This document shows, in pieces, positions 29,446 to 43,738 of a stretch of DNA of 64,000 nt. The stretch lies in the NCBI GenBank assembly GCA_964016885.1, contig OZ024742.1, positions 95,542,001 through 95,606,000 on the forward strand, read 5' to 3'. The translations under genes and the position numbers were made by a program. This DNA is from Eledone cirrhosa (taxonomy: Eukaryota). The notes below the pieces were generated by a model. That model saw only the letters and a program-made list of their open reading frames with translations, was not told where the DNA came from and made no database searches. The stretch's first letter is position 1. Each line of letters begins with the position of its first letter.

Positions 29446-29816
29446 TATCAGTGCATTTCTTTATTCTGTATTATACGATCTTCCCTTCCAATTTTCCTCT
29501 TAGCACCAACCACTCTCTAATGGATGGTATAATAGTATAATGGTTTTTAGTTTTAGTGTTGGCATGATATTTTTTCTACTCTCACCAATTTCCTGATTTA
29601 TTCTCTTTTGTCTTTGATAAGTCATCAAATATATTATAGCAGAGAATAAGACAGAAATTTCCAGAGATAGTCTTAAAAAGTCAAATATTTATTTATGTAT
29701 GTACATCACTGATTATAGATACATTGTGAGATACATGTGATTTTGAATGAGTGTATGTGTATGTATATATGGCCGTACGTATGTATATGTATGTAGGTAG
29801 ATATGTATCCATCCAC

Positions 29817-29861
<45 letters not shown>

Positions 29862-29886
29862 TATATATGTGTGTGTATGTGCTAGC

Positions 29887-29952
<66 letters not shown>

Positions 29953-29999
29953 TTGTGTGTATGTGTGTATGTGCTTGCATATATAAATATATATAAATA

Positions 30000-30047
<48 letters not shown>

Positions 30048-30393
30048 ATAAGAAAAACCAAGAAAAATTGAAGAAGGTAATTAATCCATTGTTTTACGGT
30101 CGTTTCAGAAAGTAAAATTATTGATATGAAGATTTATTGTTGACCATTATGCAACTATACAACTCCACTCCATCAACTTATATGCATGTAATGATGTATC
30201 TTTTCTTATCCATAAATGTGTTTGTGTTGTCTGTATCTCTTTTAGAGTGCATATACAAGTTTTTATCTTTATATGTGACATATACATATGTATTTGTATG
30301 TGGGAACAAATATATATGTGTGTTTGTGTTTGTGAAAATTTATTCCTCCCTTACTATTTAATGCTTGTATGCATATCTATTCACAATTTTATC

Positions 30394-30426
<33 letters not shown>

Positions 30427-30572
30427 AAAGCCGTATATATTTACATAAAATGGATTGATGGATCTGGTATAATGAAGAATCTGTAATTACGTTTGTGTTC
30501 TTAATGAAACAAACACAGTGTAGAGATGTGTATTTATAATGATGAATGTATACACATACACACAGACACACA

Positions 30573-30625
<53 letters not shown>

Positions 30626-30628
<3 letters not shown>

Positions 30629-31081
30629 AAGATCGGAATTAAAGTATTCCACAGTTCACAGTAATAATAATATTAGCTCGAAGAAGAACAGAGAATTTTT
30701 ATCTGAGCTCAAATACACAGAGAGAAGTGTGTTACACAGTGAGAAGTGTGTAAAAAATTATTACATGTGAGTTTAACCGTTACTGTATGGACAACAATAC
30801 CTACAGGTTAGCAATTAAATAGAAAAAAACTAAGTCAGAATCAAATCTCTGAAGTAGAGTTTTAAATTACTAACCTTATAACTATAAGCTTGCTGATACG
30901 AATTTAGTTCGTTTCACCACAGAAATGTGTGGTATAACATCGCATATGATCGTAAGTCAGCAAGTATGGGTACTGTTCATGACACATCTAGCCTAATGGA
31001 TAGAGAGAAAGCTAATAAACACGCTGCCCATAATAATTTTTACACACTTCTCACTCTGTAACGCACTTCTCTCTGTGTATT

Positions 31082-31083
<2 letters not shown>
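30626..31083. mobile_element. Element with about 54-bp inverted repeats and a left tail, inside (TA)n
   Basis: IR 30710-30763 / 31031-31083; same architecture as the other fold-back elements; no intact HHR seen. Confidence 0.65.
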
Positions 31084-31135
<52 letters not shown>

Positions 31136-31182
31136 AAGTAAAAGCGAAGTAGTTTCAGATGTTCAAGTCCTTTAATAATAAT

Positions 31183-31256
31183 GCTGTGATATATATTTCA
31201 ATGACGACACTGGCCACACTGTTCTATGTGCGAGTGTCGTGACATCATCAGACAGC
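31183..31256 (-). ncRNA. Type I hammerhead ribozyme
   Basis: Reverse complement of the 31405-31478 motif, core intact. Confidence 0.85.
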
Positions 31257-31404
31257 TTGTTGCATAATAAGGTTATGTTTCCTGCGCAGACCGGTGGGGG
31301 TGAATTGGTACTCACAGGGGAACGGATGAAGAACCCAAAAGCACACACTTCGTCCGTTTCCATGTCGATTCAACTTGGATTGCCTCGGAAACATAATGTA
31401 ACAA

Positions 31405-31478
31405 GCTGTCTGATGATGTCACGACACTCGCACACAGAACAGTGTGGCCAGTGTCGTCATTGAAATATATATCACAGC
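31405..31478 (+). ncRNA. Type I hammerhead ribozyme with long stem II
   Basis: gctgt-CTGATGA-tgtcacgacact..agtgtcgtcatt-GAAA-tatata-TC-acagc. Confidence 0.88.
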
Positions 31479-31605
31479 ATTATTATTAAAGGACTTGAAC
31501 ATCTGAAACTACTTCACTTTTACTTATTCGATATTTACTCCGTCACACCTATGTGGAAAAAGTACGTTGAGTGCTTGATTTGAATTGCATCAATATTTAC
31601 CCTAA

Positions 31606-31644
<39 letters not shown>

Positions 31645-32039
31645 GAGAAGAATGAATACTGCGTGGTTGCACATGGGTTACATATGATAAAAATAGTCCT
31701 TCATCAGTGATTTTCCAACCTTCATTGGTATTTCATCGCTTTAAAAATCATATACCTCCAGTTGGTGCGAGCAATAGCTAAATAAAGCTATTGGGACAAG
31801 TAAATCGCGTAAAGCGAGCGAGACATGTAAACAAACATAGAAGGATAGCAACGCAAAGATAGGAAAAAACAAGCACATGGGAGTCCGATCAGTTTAAGCT
31901 GTGTGGATTTCATGAGCGAGAGACAACAGACCGTGCGACGCGAGTGAGGTGTGAGCAAATATATATATATCTGTGTGTGTGTGTAAATCTGAATTCTGAA
32001 TAGAATATAAAAAAATAAATATATTATATATATATATAT

Positions 32040-32300
32040 ATGATAGCTGCAACTTGATTTCGAGTAATGGCATTGCTTGATACATAAGCAGGAGCATTAC
32101 AGATGTGGCTTTTTTGTCCTGCTAGTGACTTGCCTATGGCCAGCTTTAACATGCATCGCAAAAAATGTTACATATCAAGCAATGCCTGTGCTTGTTTAAG
32201 TGAAGAAAGGCCTTGCACGGAACCAATTCCACTTTCTGAGCATTAAATGCATTTGCCTAAAAAGAAGAAGTGGTCTACATCATTGGATGCAAACGATGCG
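32040..32300 (+). repeat. Unclassified dispersed repeat, second copy at about 52066-52325
   Basis: Colinear similarity from gctgcaact..gagtaatg to tggtcta.atcattgga. Confidence 0.7.
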
Positions 32301-32797
<497 letters not shown>

Positions 32798-32810
32798 TAC
32801 ATACATACAA

Positions 32811-33396
32811 TATATATATATATTTATATACATATATACATACATACAATAGAAGGAAGACACAGTAGAGGTAGACCACGTAAAACATGGGCGGAAGTGA
32901 AGAGATGCTGTGCTGAATAGGACCCGTCCAACCCTTGCAAGCATGAAAAAGCAGATGTAAAATGATGATGATGATATATATATATACATATAAATATAAA
33001 TTAGCAACAATCGTATTTCGGCTTAAGAATTAACGAAAAACAACTTCCGAGATGTGTGGCAAGCGCTCAATGATTCAGATGAACCAGAGCTACAACATAC
33101 GTTAAAGGCCAAACACACTGAGACGATGGTTAAACAATCATCCTCACAACCCAAAAAACAATTTGGGCCAAACAAATAAAAATATATGGGATTGAAAATT
33201 TACCCGGACCCCTGGATGGTTGGTAAGATCCAGCATTTGGACTCCTATACATACATACATATATATATATATTTCGTTTCTGAATTTGTTTAGCAAGATT
33301 CTTTATCTGAAATCGTGTGTTGAAACCGATATTGTTATACTTTGGGAGGGTCATGTGCGTGTGTTTCTTATTGGCAACATGACCCTCCCAAAGTAT

Positions 33397-33458
<62 letters not shown>

Positions 33459-33890
33459 AGGAGTCGCAGAAACCCAAATGCTGGATCTTACCAACCATCC
33501 AGGGGTCCGGGTAAATTTTCAATCCCATATATTTTTATTTGTTTGGCCCAAATCGTTTTTTGGGTTGTGAGGATGATTGTTTAACCATCGTCTCAGTGTG
33601 TTTGGCCTTTAACGTATGTTGTAGCTCTGGTTCATCTGAATCATTGAGCGCTTGCCACACATCTCGGAAGTTGTTTTTCGTTAATTCTTAAGCCGAAATA
33701 CGATTGTTGGTAATTTATATTTATATGTATATATATATATTATCATCATCATTTTACATCTGCTTTTCCATGCTTGCAAGGGTTGGACGGGTCCTATTCA
33801 GCACAGCATCTCTTCACTTCCGCCCATGTTTTACGTGGTCTACCTCTACTGCGTCTTCCTTCTATTGTATGTATGTATATATGTATATAA

Positions 33891-33900
<10 letters not shown>
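32811..33900. repeat. About 440-bp near-perfect inverted duplication, including an RTE 3' end, around a PLE-end hairpin
   Basis: 32811-33251 is the reverse complement of 33454-33900; central hairpin 33328-33405 matches 17697-17745. Confidence 0.9.
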
Positions 33901-33974
<74 letters not shown>

Positions 33975-34068
33975 CAGTATATCTATATCTGTAAATATAA
34001 GCAAGTCTATGTAAACGTAGATATATATTTCCGGATTGAGTATATAGGGACATAAACATGCCATATAA

Positions 34069-34180
34069 ACATATTTCCTTGTAAATTAAAAAAAATGATA
34101 AATACAATTAATCATTTTCGAACCTTATTGGGTTCTCATCAGCAGATATATATCATCAAAACAATTACAAGGAAATATGT
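34069..34180 (-). mobile_element. Small decayed fold-back with a hammerhead core at 34105-34146
   Basis: IR acatatttccttgtaa / ttacaaggaaatatgt; minus CTGATGA-gaacc caataa ggttc-GAAA-atgat-TA; stem I not formed. Confidence 0.55.
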
Positions 34181-34689
34181 GTCACATATAATGCAACATT
34201 TTTATACAGATTTACGCAGCCACAGTTACAACTCTAGTGCATATATAAAGATATAGATTCATCATATATTTTAGCTGTTTAGTGTACAATTAAATATATG
34301 TCAAAATCAAATAACATTGTGGGCACTATTATGGAAATTAGTACACCCATGATAAATATTTTCTATCGTAAAAAGGCATGAAAACAGATAACCTCACAGA
34401 AGCATTCATATTCATATATATGTATACATATATGAACACACACACACACACACACTAACACACACACACACACACATTTAGTACAGCATCAACGAAGCGA
34501 TGGTTGCAGCCAAGCTAACGAATACAGTTTCGGTGTGCAGCTAAGCACTCGATAGGGTATATAACCCTAGAGTTATAACATTACGTCTAGACAGCTTTGC
34601 AAGATGAAGACAGCGACCGATAGAAGGGCCGCAGTGACCATAGCCACGAAAAAGACTGAACTGAGGAAAAATTTGATATATATATGAAT

Positions 34690-35277
34690 TGAATTGAGAA
34701 AGAGACTGAGCATAAGAGGAATTAAATGTTGTGTGCAGGAGAGGCGGATGCGTTGGTATAGACATGTGATGCGTATGAAGGATGACAGCTGCATAAAAAG
34801 GTGCAGGGCACTAGAAGTCAATGGAAACCGCGGAGTGGGGAGACCCAAGAAGACCAGTGATGAGGTGATAAAAGCCGACCTTACCCAATTACACCTCTCA
34901 AAGGCGATGACACACGACCGTGACCTCTGGTGTCACGCAGTAATACAGCGTACCCGACTTCCCATGGGTACAAGCTGAAGCATATAGACAATATGCCCCC
35001 ACACACTCCCACTGCAAGGTGGTCGTGGAGGTGTCACGGCAAAAAAGCACCCAGCCCACACTGTAAAGTGGACGTGTAGGCGCCACGGAAAAAGCACCCA
35101 GCACTCACTGTAAATGAGGTTGGTGTTAGGAAGGGCATCTAGCTGTAGAAATCAAGCCAAAATCAGTTCCTGTATGAGCAAGGCATGGTCAGCCGACCAG
35201 ACACTGCCCACAACAGGACAACCCGTCTAACCCATGCTAGCATGGAAGAACGGGCGTAAAACGGTGATGATGATGAT
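34690..35277 (+). mobile_element. RTE LINE 3' end with 3' UTR
   Basis: ORF 34694-34978 RRMRWYRHVMRM..GRPKKT; UTR ends cgtaaaacggtgatgatgatg. Confidence 0.88.
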
Positions 35278-35379
35278 ATATATATATATAAGACATTCAT
35301 ACATACATAAATATCTTTTTCTTTGCTCATTTATTTCTGGAAGTGTTGTGGGGGTAAAATCCTTAAGCATGTCTTTTAG

Positions 35380-36013
35380 CAAATCCTATAAGAGGTAGCT
35401 GTGGCTCCAATTGATCTGTTTGGATCACCAAGTGAGACCAGCTAATTTCATGGATGGTACCCAACCATCTTGCTACTTGAACAAATTTCTCAATACCATC
35501 TTCACCCCCTTAGTCACCAACCTGCCCTCCCATATACATGACACCAATCATGCTCTTTAATTCCTTCTCCTCTTTCTTCTCTCCTGTCCCTCCTCACCTC
35601 TTCTTCTTGGACATCAATTCTCTACTCCATATTCTCTCAATAAGACGGTCCCTGCACCCTCCAACACTTTTTACATCCCACACCAAACCATAGTACATCC
35701 CCTCTACTCTGCCTTGCTATGCTCATTTTCACACTCAATTGCTTTTTTTCATTTACGGAGAGTCTTACCAGCAGGTCTCTGGGAGTAGCTATGGCAACAA
35801 AATTGGCCCAAATAACACCAATTTATTTGTATGCTACATTAAGGCTCAGATTTTCTCCCAATACATCGGTCCCTTCCAAGTTGTTACATCAACGACTGTA
35901 TTAATGCTAGCTCTCTCCCACCAACAGCTCAAATTTCTTTCCATTGTCCAGTCTCTTCATCCTGCCCATACATTTACTACCTCCATCTCTGATTCTTCCA
36001 TCCAATTTCTCGA

Positions 36014-36093
<80 letters not shown>

Positions 36094-36300
36094 CCAAACT
36101 TATCACACTCTCTCTACCTCCATCTCAACTTCATATGAGAGACGTACAACTTGGAAACACACTCCCATTGCCAATAATTTTCGTTCCCCAATGGATCTAC
36201 TCAACAATTGTCTTTCCCAGCCATATTTTGCCTTGGAACTGCTTTCTCAAACAACCTCAACTCCTCCCTCTCGTAGTTTCTATAATCTTCGTTTAGCTTT
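35380..36300 (+). mobile_element. Old Penelope-like RT fragment
   Basis: Decayed YQQVS/GVAMATK, NLFV, SIQFLDISL; interrupted by (CT)n. Confidence 0.65.
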
Positions 36301-36795
36301 ACTCACACATATGACTCCAGCATCCACACCAATATACACGCTCAGTTACACAACTATTGTGTTTTTCACACAATACACACATATATATATATATATCTGT
36401 GCATACATAACCCTCTAATTCCTTCTCACACACATTCATATCCATCCTATTGGGCCCATCGATGTCACCATGCACCGTAGAAGATTTAGCCTTCCATGCA
36501 CATACCATGCATATACACATACAGTTGCATTATATATATACATACATCTGCATCCATGGTCAGTCTATCACCACCTACATTCCTCCCTCCACCTCCACCT
36601 CCACACACACTACACAGTTCGATACATACAGGTGTATATGTGTGTATATGTGTGCATATAAGCTTATGCAGATACACGCCTTCAGGTTATTCCACACCAT
36701 GAACATACAGCAGTTCATGGCTCTCAATTACAGAGAATTTGTGAACCTTCGATATAGTTATCTTGGTAGTATTCGAAGGGAGACAAAACTATATA

Positions 36796-36883
36796 CAGAG
36801 TGTCCCTAAAAAATATACACACTTCAACAGCATTCTAATCAAAGTGTGTATAAAGTGTGTATACATTTTTGGGGGACACTTTG
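36796..36883. mobile_element. 88-bp Tc1/mariner-type MITE
   Basis: TIRs cagagtgtccctaaaaaatatacacactt / aagtgtgtatacatttttgggggacactttg; TA on both sides. Confidence 0.75.
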
Positions 36884-37651
36884 TATTTATTGATAATTTG
36901 ACTTCTGTTATCATTGTGCAAATGAAATTTAGATAAATTCCTTAATATATCTAAATATATATATACATATATATACATATGTATATATAATTATTACATG
37001 TATGTGCAATGATACAAACTACTGTATGTATGTATTGTGTGTGCATATGTGTGTTTATACATATAATTACATACACATTCAAAAAGAAAAACAAATATAT
37101 ACATGTATTTGTCATTGTGAATGTGCTTGTGTGGATTTTCATATGTGCATCTATCCATTCTTTTCATGAAAAATGTGAATGCATCAATGTATTTACATAT
37201 GTGCATATGTGTGATCTCTTTAGGTGCATTTCTGTATGCGTGTTTGTACACATTTATATATTTACATTTGTGTATATGGATATGTATTTTAATTTCTTCA
37301 GTTTACAAGTATGCATTTGTATTTTCATGTGAGCATGTGTCTTCCTTCCATATATAAATTTGTGTGTGAGAATGTGAGTATATAAATTAATGTATATAGA
37401 TACTGTGGCCTATCTCTAATCATATCTGATGGGAGGTCAGCTAGTATAAAAAATAAAAGAATATTAAATTTGATGTATTATTACATATCATCAAGTTGTT
37501 CTGATATATATCATTTTATTTAATATTTTTCATTATAGTTCTATTTGTTTTATGATATACTAATATATATGTGTGTGGTGGTGGTGATGGTGGTGTTGGT
37601 GGGGTGGGGGTGGGGGGTTTAATACATGTATATGTTATATAGTTAATATCT

Positions 37652-37692
<41 letters not shown>

Positions 37693-38073
37693 GTATACAC
37701 TATATATATTTTATACATGTACATGCAATATAATTAATATCTATAAATAATATATATATATACACACAAATACATATATATATATGGACATAGATATATT
37801 TATCTATTTTTCCCCTAATGTCTATATTAACCTTCACATCATTAATCCTTATTTACTCACTGACTGAAAACAATCAAGTGTAGAAAGAAATATGACTTTC
37901 CAGAACTTTGCCAACAACATGCTGATGTGGAAAGATATAAAGAACTAGACCTAAAACACAAGACAAATACCATCAGTGAGCTACATGTGTGTGATGCTAG
38001 GGATGGAGTTGAGTGTCTGGACAGGTTCATAATAACAAATGTTGATATATAGTCTATTGTGAGATACACACTC

Positions 38074-38156
<83 letters not shown>

Positions 38157-38304
38157 CATAATTGCGTATATTTGGGGAAGCGTCATATGTGAGGGGGATA
38201 TGACATTATGACATGTTGGTTTTGCTTGGTAATTTCAGATTGTGTGGATTTATATATATATATATACCTATATATTTGTGTGTATATATGGATATACATT
38301 ACAC

Positions 38305-38340
<36 letters not shown>

Positions 38341-38343
<3 letters not shown>

Positions 38344-38777
38344 GATATATTAACAAATGGAAACTATATTTATAAAACCATATTTATTTCATTATACATA
38401 TTTCAAGGACACCAAGTCAAATTATGGTGCGCTTTCATCAGATAAAATATAATATAGATCAGTTTTATAAATAAATATTGACATACACTTAAAGAATGCA
38501 ACCATTTCTGTTGGAAGCTCCCGGATAGTGGGGTTATTAAATTTATTTATTTATTTATTTATAAAACTGATCTATATTATATTTTATCAGATGAAAGCAC
38601 ACCATAATTTGACTTGGTGTCCTTGAAATATGTATAATGAAATAAATATGGTTTTATAAATATAGTTTCTATTTGTTAATATATCGTATTTTTACTCCAA
38701 TAATTTGTTGAGTGCTTTATATCAGTTATAAAAATATTTGCTTGTTGTATCCCAACAATTTAAATAGAACTTCTACA
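38341..38777. mobile_element. Fold-back mini-element derived from the pLTR family at 16600-16790
   Basis: Arms 38341-38475 / 38551-38688; loop homologous to 16609-16665; HHR intact on minus (38385-38449), CAGATGA on plus (38580-38644). Confidence 0.88.
38385..38449 (-). ncRNA. Minimal type I hammerhead ribozyme
   Basis: tattttat-CTGATGA-aagcgcacca..tggtgtcctt-GAAA-tatgta-TA-atgaaata. Confidence 0.8.
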
Positions 38778-39259
38778 TATATATATATATGTATATATAT
38801 ATGGGATGGGGTCTTTATGTTCAGCTGTATAGGTTTGGGAGTTGGAGTGCACTGAGTTCATTTAATTTTATCCAAGGTAAACATATGACTATATTCTTTA
38901 ATTAACTTCACATCAGTTGAAGGGAATTAATTATGCATCATTCTCTATCATCTTTACTTTTTGTACAACAGCAAAGTAATTTATCACACACACATATGTA
39001 TATATACGAGTGAGTATATATATATATATATATATACAAACACACATACACTGACACACTTGGTAATATGGTATTTATTTATGGGTATAACTGAGTACAC
39101 AATAATTAGTCTCAGCAATGTAATTTTTACTTAAAGTGCTTAACAAATATTCATAAGTTATTAATTATTTTCGACTGCAACATAAGTTTATATATATATA
39201 TATTTCTATACATACTTACATGCATACATATATACAGGTACTGGAACAGAAAAGGACTT

Positions 39260-39601
39260 TCATCGTCATCATAACCGTTTTGCGTCCATTCTTCCACACT
39301 AGCATGGGTTAGATGGGTTGTCCTGTTGTGGGCAGTGTCTGGTCAGCTGACCTTTCTTGCTCATACGGGAACTGATTTTGGCTTGATTTTTACAGCTGGA
39401 TGCCCTTCCTATATAATTGTTTCTACTTTAGGCACAAGGCCAGCAAATACCCAGTACATTACTGGTACTTTATTTTATCGACCTCGTAAGGATGAAAGGC
39501 AAAGTTAACCTCGGCGGGATTTGAACTCCGACTGTAAAGGGACGTAACTATGCTAAGAAAGCATGGTGTCCAACCCTCTACCGGTATTGCCAATTCACCG
39601 C
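39260..39601 (-). mobile_element. RTE 3' UTR end (39260-39410) abutting a full family B SINE (39413-39601)
   Basis: Matches other copies in the window. Confidence 0.8.
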
Positions 39602-39744
39602 CCTTTCTATATAATGAAAATAGTTATAGATATGCATCGTTCGTGGTATCTGACAAATTGCAATACCATTTGTTTCATTTAGCCATTATTTATGAGGTCC
39701 AGATGAAATTAATTAAGCTCTGCAACTTGATTGATTTCAAGAAT

Positions 39745-40042
39745 ATGGCTTAATGGTTAGATCATCAGGTTTAGAATAGTGAGGTTGTGAGTTCAATGCT
39801 TGGACCGGGTTTTGCATTGTGTTCTTATTTCATGTACTCCAGTTCACTCAGCTGCAGAAATGAGTTGTGATGTCACTAGTACCAAACTCTATGGGCCTTT
39901 GCCTTTCCCTTAGACAACATCGGAGGCTTTGAGAGCAGAAATTGGTATGCTGGTCTTCCACAAACAATCTTGCCAGACTTGTGCATCAGAGGGGAATTTT
40001 CTAGGGGCAAATCTCATGGTCATTTTTGACAGAAGGGGGTCT
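39745..40042 (+). mobile_element. tRNA-derived SINE, family A
   Basis: tggcttaatggtt, gagttcaatgc, ends gacagaagggggt like 5275-5289. Confidence 0.75.
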
Positions 40043-40330
40043 TTACTCATTACCTTATATATATTGATAGTCCATGGTACTGGAACCAGGAAAATCACAG
40101 TAGCATCGCAGGGGCCCACTGTAGTATTTTCGGGTCTAATGGTTTGCTTTAAAAAAAAAAATATCTTTAAAAAAATATCATATTGAAAGAATAATTTTTA
40201 TTTTAATAAATAAAACCCCTTCTTTTTATTATGTCTATATTGAAAATAAACATGTATAGTATATATATTTAAAAAATTAATAAAATAATTGAGGAAAGCA
40301 TTTGGTCAATGAATTCCCAAGGGAAATAAT

Positions 40331-40507
40331 TGTTTCTACTTTTGGCACAAGGCCAGCAATTACCCAGTGTATTACTGGTACTTTATTTTATCGACCACGT
40401 AAGGATGAAAGGCAAAGTCAACCTCGGCGGGATTTGAACTCAGATCGTAAAGGGACGTAACTATGCTGGAAAGCATGGCATCCGACCCTCTACCGATACT
40501 GCCAATT
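40331..40507 (-). mobile_element. Family B SINE with 11-bp target-site duplication
   Basis: agggaaataat at 40320-40330 and 40508-40518. Confidence 0.9.
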
Positions 40508-40593
40508 AGGGAAATAATAGAAACCAAAATATATGATAGTGCTAACAGCTGGAATCATTGATTGTCTACATTTATAGATTACTGTATTCATTC

Positions 40594-40627
<34 letters not shown>

Positions 40628-42140
40628 TTGGAGGCTTAGTAAAATCGAATCTTATATACATACTTACACATACACACAAGCTGCTGGCCAAATAATATTT
40701 GATATCAATGGGTTAAAGATATATGTAGAAACAATTAGTGGTCAGTTCTTCAGTCTAAAGTCCCTAAGGAGAATGAGTCACCAAGTTGAAAACATGTATG
40801 TATACATATATATATAAATCTATATATCCACATATCACACACTCCCAGATATGTATTAAGTGAGTGTGAAAGACCAAAGGTCATTATTGAAAGTCTCTGG
40901 ATGTGTATATTTTGCAAGGTACTTTATATTTTTTATTGGAGAAGATAAGACCAGTCACTTGCATACTCTACTCTAAATAACAGTATACTATACATTCACA
41001 ATTATTTAAAAATTCAATTATAACATTCTGTATTAACATTTAGCATTACTGTATGGTGGTAGTAATGTGTACAGTATATATGTACTTTAATTATTAAAAA
41101 ATAATTTTTTTCCCATAAAAATATGATTGCACTGTTTTATTTTCATTTACGTATGTATTTTGGGAAAATGTTATTTATTCATTATAACAATTAAATGATA
41201 GCATTCTATATGTGGTTGGGCCCCCTTTATCTTCTGGCAATCAGTCCGCCACTGCACACACTCACATATACACACGTATATATATATATATAGAATGCAA
41301 ATTAAAAGATATATGTAGTTAGAGCCCTATATCTTTTACTTTGAATTATTTACGCTCAATTATTTATTGAGCTTTTCTATTGAGAAACATAATCATTGTA
41401 TATATTATATTTGTATATATTATGCATATTATGATACCTTACTATAGTATATAGATAAATATTGCATGGTCTAAAGGGAAAATGCACATGGAGAACAACT
41501 ACAAACATAAGTTAACATTTGTATGAATTTCACAAGTAGACTCTTCTGCCATAGGAAGATATGGAACATACACTATCAGAACTGACAGAGGTCCAGCAAA
41601 CACACACACTTATATTCCTTCTGAGTCATAAGAGGCAACAAAATGAGTTAACATCAGGAAGGGCATACAGCTGTAAAACATTGTTTCAAAACATCCCATC
41701 AAAACCATGCCTGCATAGAAAAATAGATGTAAAACGATGATGATGATGAATATTTCTGTTTGGCATTTTAGAATGTTGTAGGAATGGTGATTTTGTAAAG
41801 TATTGGCTTTTATATTACCAAAGTCAACATTACTAATAATAGATTAACATGATAGTATTTTGGTAGTGATTCTATATATTGTTGTAAGAAGATTCCAAAT
41901 GTGAGGATGGAATGCTCTCTTAATTGAAAATGATTGTTAACTTTACAATATGTGTTAATCGAAAACCAGTGTTAATTGCATGAGATTAGTATTTGTCATT
42001 ATTACTGGAACTTTCAAATGTTGTGTTTCTATATATGTGGGCAGATGCAACTATACAAGTTCATATAATTTGAAGGCACTTCGAAATTGTAGATATTTAA
42101 AGGATTTCAATGTGTGAATTTTTGTATACATAAGTGTGTG

Positions 42141-42178
<38 letters not shown>

Positions 42179-43738
42179 TTTGTGTATTTAAGTTAACTGC
42201 TGAGGATCCATGCACTGATTAAAGGAGTCAATACTGATTCTAGATTTAAAATATGTATGTGTATGTGTGTAGGTATGCTTCAAACATCTCTCATATTTAA
42301 TCACATATATAAAAATATATGTAAGTAAAAGAAAATATATGGGATGTGTAGCTCAGTAAATTACTTATTTCTTACTGTCTTTGTGTCCTTTTATCACTGA
42401 AGTTGTTCTTGTCAATAGCTACATGAACTTTATGCTGACATATACTCAATATGTCCCTATCAATAGCTGAATTCTTGCCTTTCATAGTGAATACCTATAT
42501 ATCGTGGCTGTCTAATTAATCGTTGAAAACTGGGTCTTCACATATTGAGTGCCTGATTAATAGTCAGATATTGGGCTTTTGCAGTTGATACTTCATACTG
42601 TGTCTGTCTTCTATGCACAACATATGTCCACTCACCCTTTATTCAGTGCTTCAGCCACCTCTCCTGATTTCCTGGTTATTGTCCCTAAAAAGCATGTCGC
42701 AAATCTCATATACCACTTCACTCAAGGCACATGATGCCCTTGGCCATTATAAATGTGCTGCACCACTTTGTTTTAACTGGGGCAAACACCTTGAGATGGG
42801 ATAAGTGAGGACAGCCATGAGGTAATTGGGGCAATATGCTACCCATGTTTTCTTATATTCATCATATGTTCAATTTAGAGGCATTGCTATATGGTAAGAT
42901 GTCCTTCCTGGTACCAACTCTTTTAGTCACCTCTTACAAGATGCAGAGATACAGTGTTCTATTATAAAATGGATACATATAGATATTATCATTATCATCA
43001 CTGTTTAATGATAATTTTTTCTATCATAATTTTCTGTAAGAAAGTGTGTAAAGTTATGCTTAAAAACCAACTTAATAATGAAAGAGTTAGTTACATTAAT
43101 AAATACTTATAAATATTTTATTATTTTCAAAATAATTTTAAAATCACAGACAGTATCTTTAATTAGTATTTATATTTATTTAAAAAACGTTCCATCATAT
43201 TTTTATGAAAGAATATTCTTTATGATATGCTCCAAAAAAGCTAGCTTAGTAATGAGAAAGTTAATTATATTACTAAATCCCTCCAAATTCTCGATTATTT
43301 TCATAAGGGTGGAAAATAATAGACAATGCCTTGTGTTACAAATATATTAATGAAAGGTTATCACTATGATTTTCAAATCATTTTGAAAATAATATAGAAT
43401 TTTAAAGGAGTTGGTAAGATAACTGAATGTATCATTAAGTTAGTGTTTGGAACATAACTTATCAAAGGTTCTCACATAAAATTAGGATGGAGCTTTTTAT
43501 AAACACTACATAATAAACTGCTGACTAACGTAAAATGAAGGTGGTTTCAGATGATTTGGTATTAAAGTGGTTAAGCCGATGTTTACTGGTTCTATGTGCA
43601 TGTCAATTGATTGATTTTTAGCTATCTTTGTTCTGACTACTTCACCAAAGTCGATGATTATAAATGGACAACACAGAATATGTAAAACTTTGTTGACTGC
43701 AAATGGGCTTTGATATATTTTTTTCAGACACACATATA

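Larger units (their letters stand above)
31131..31607. mobile_element. Fold-back mini-element with two intact hammerheads
   Basis: 134-bp arms 31132-31265 / 31396-31529, a 130-bp loop and a right tail; (TA)n on both sides. Confidence 0.9.
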
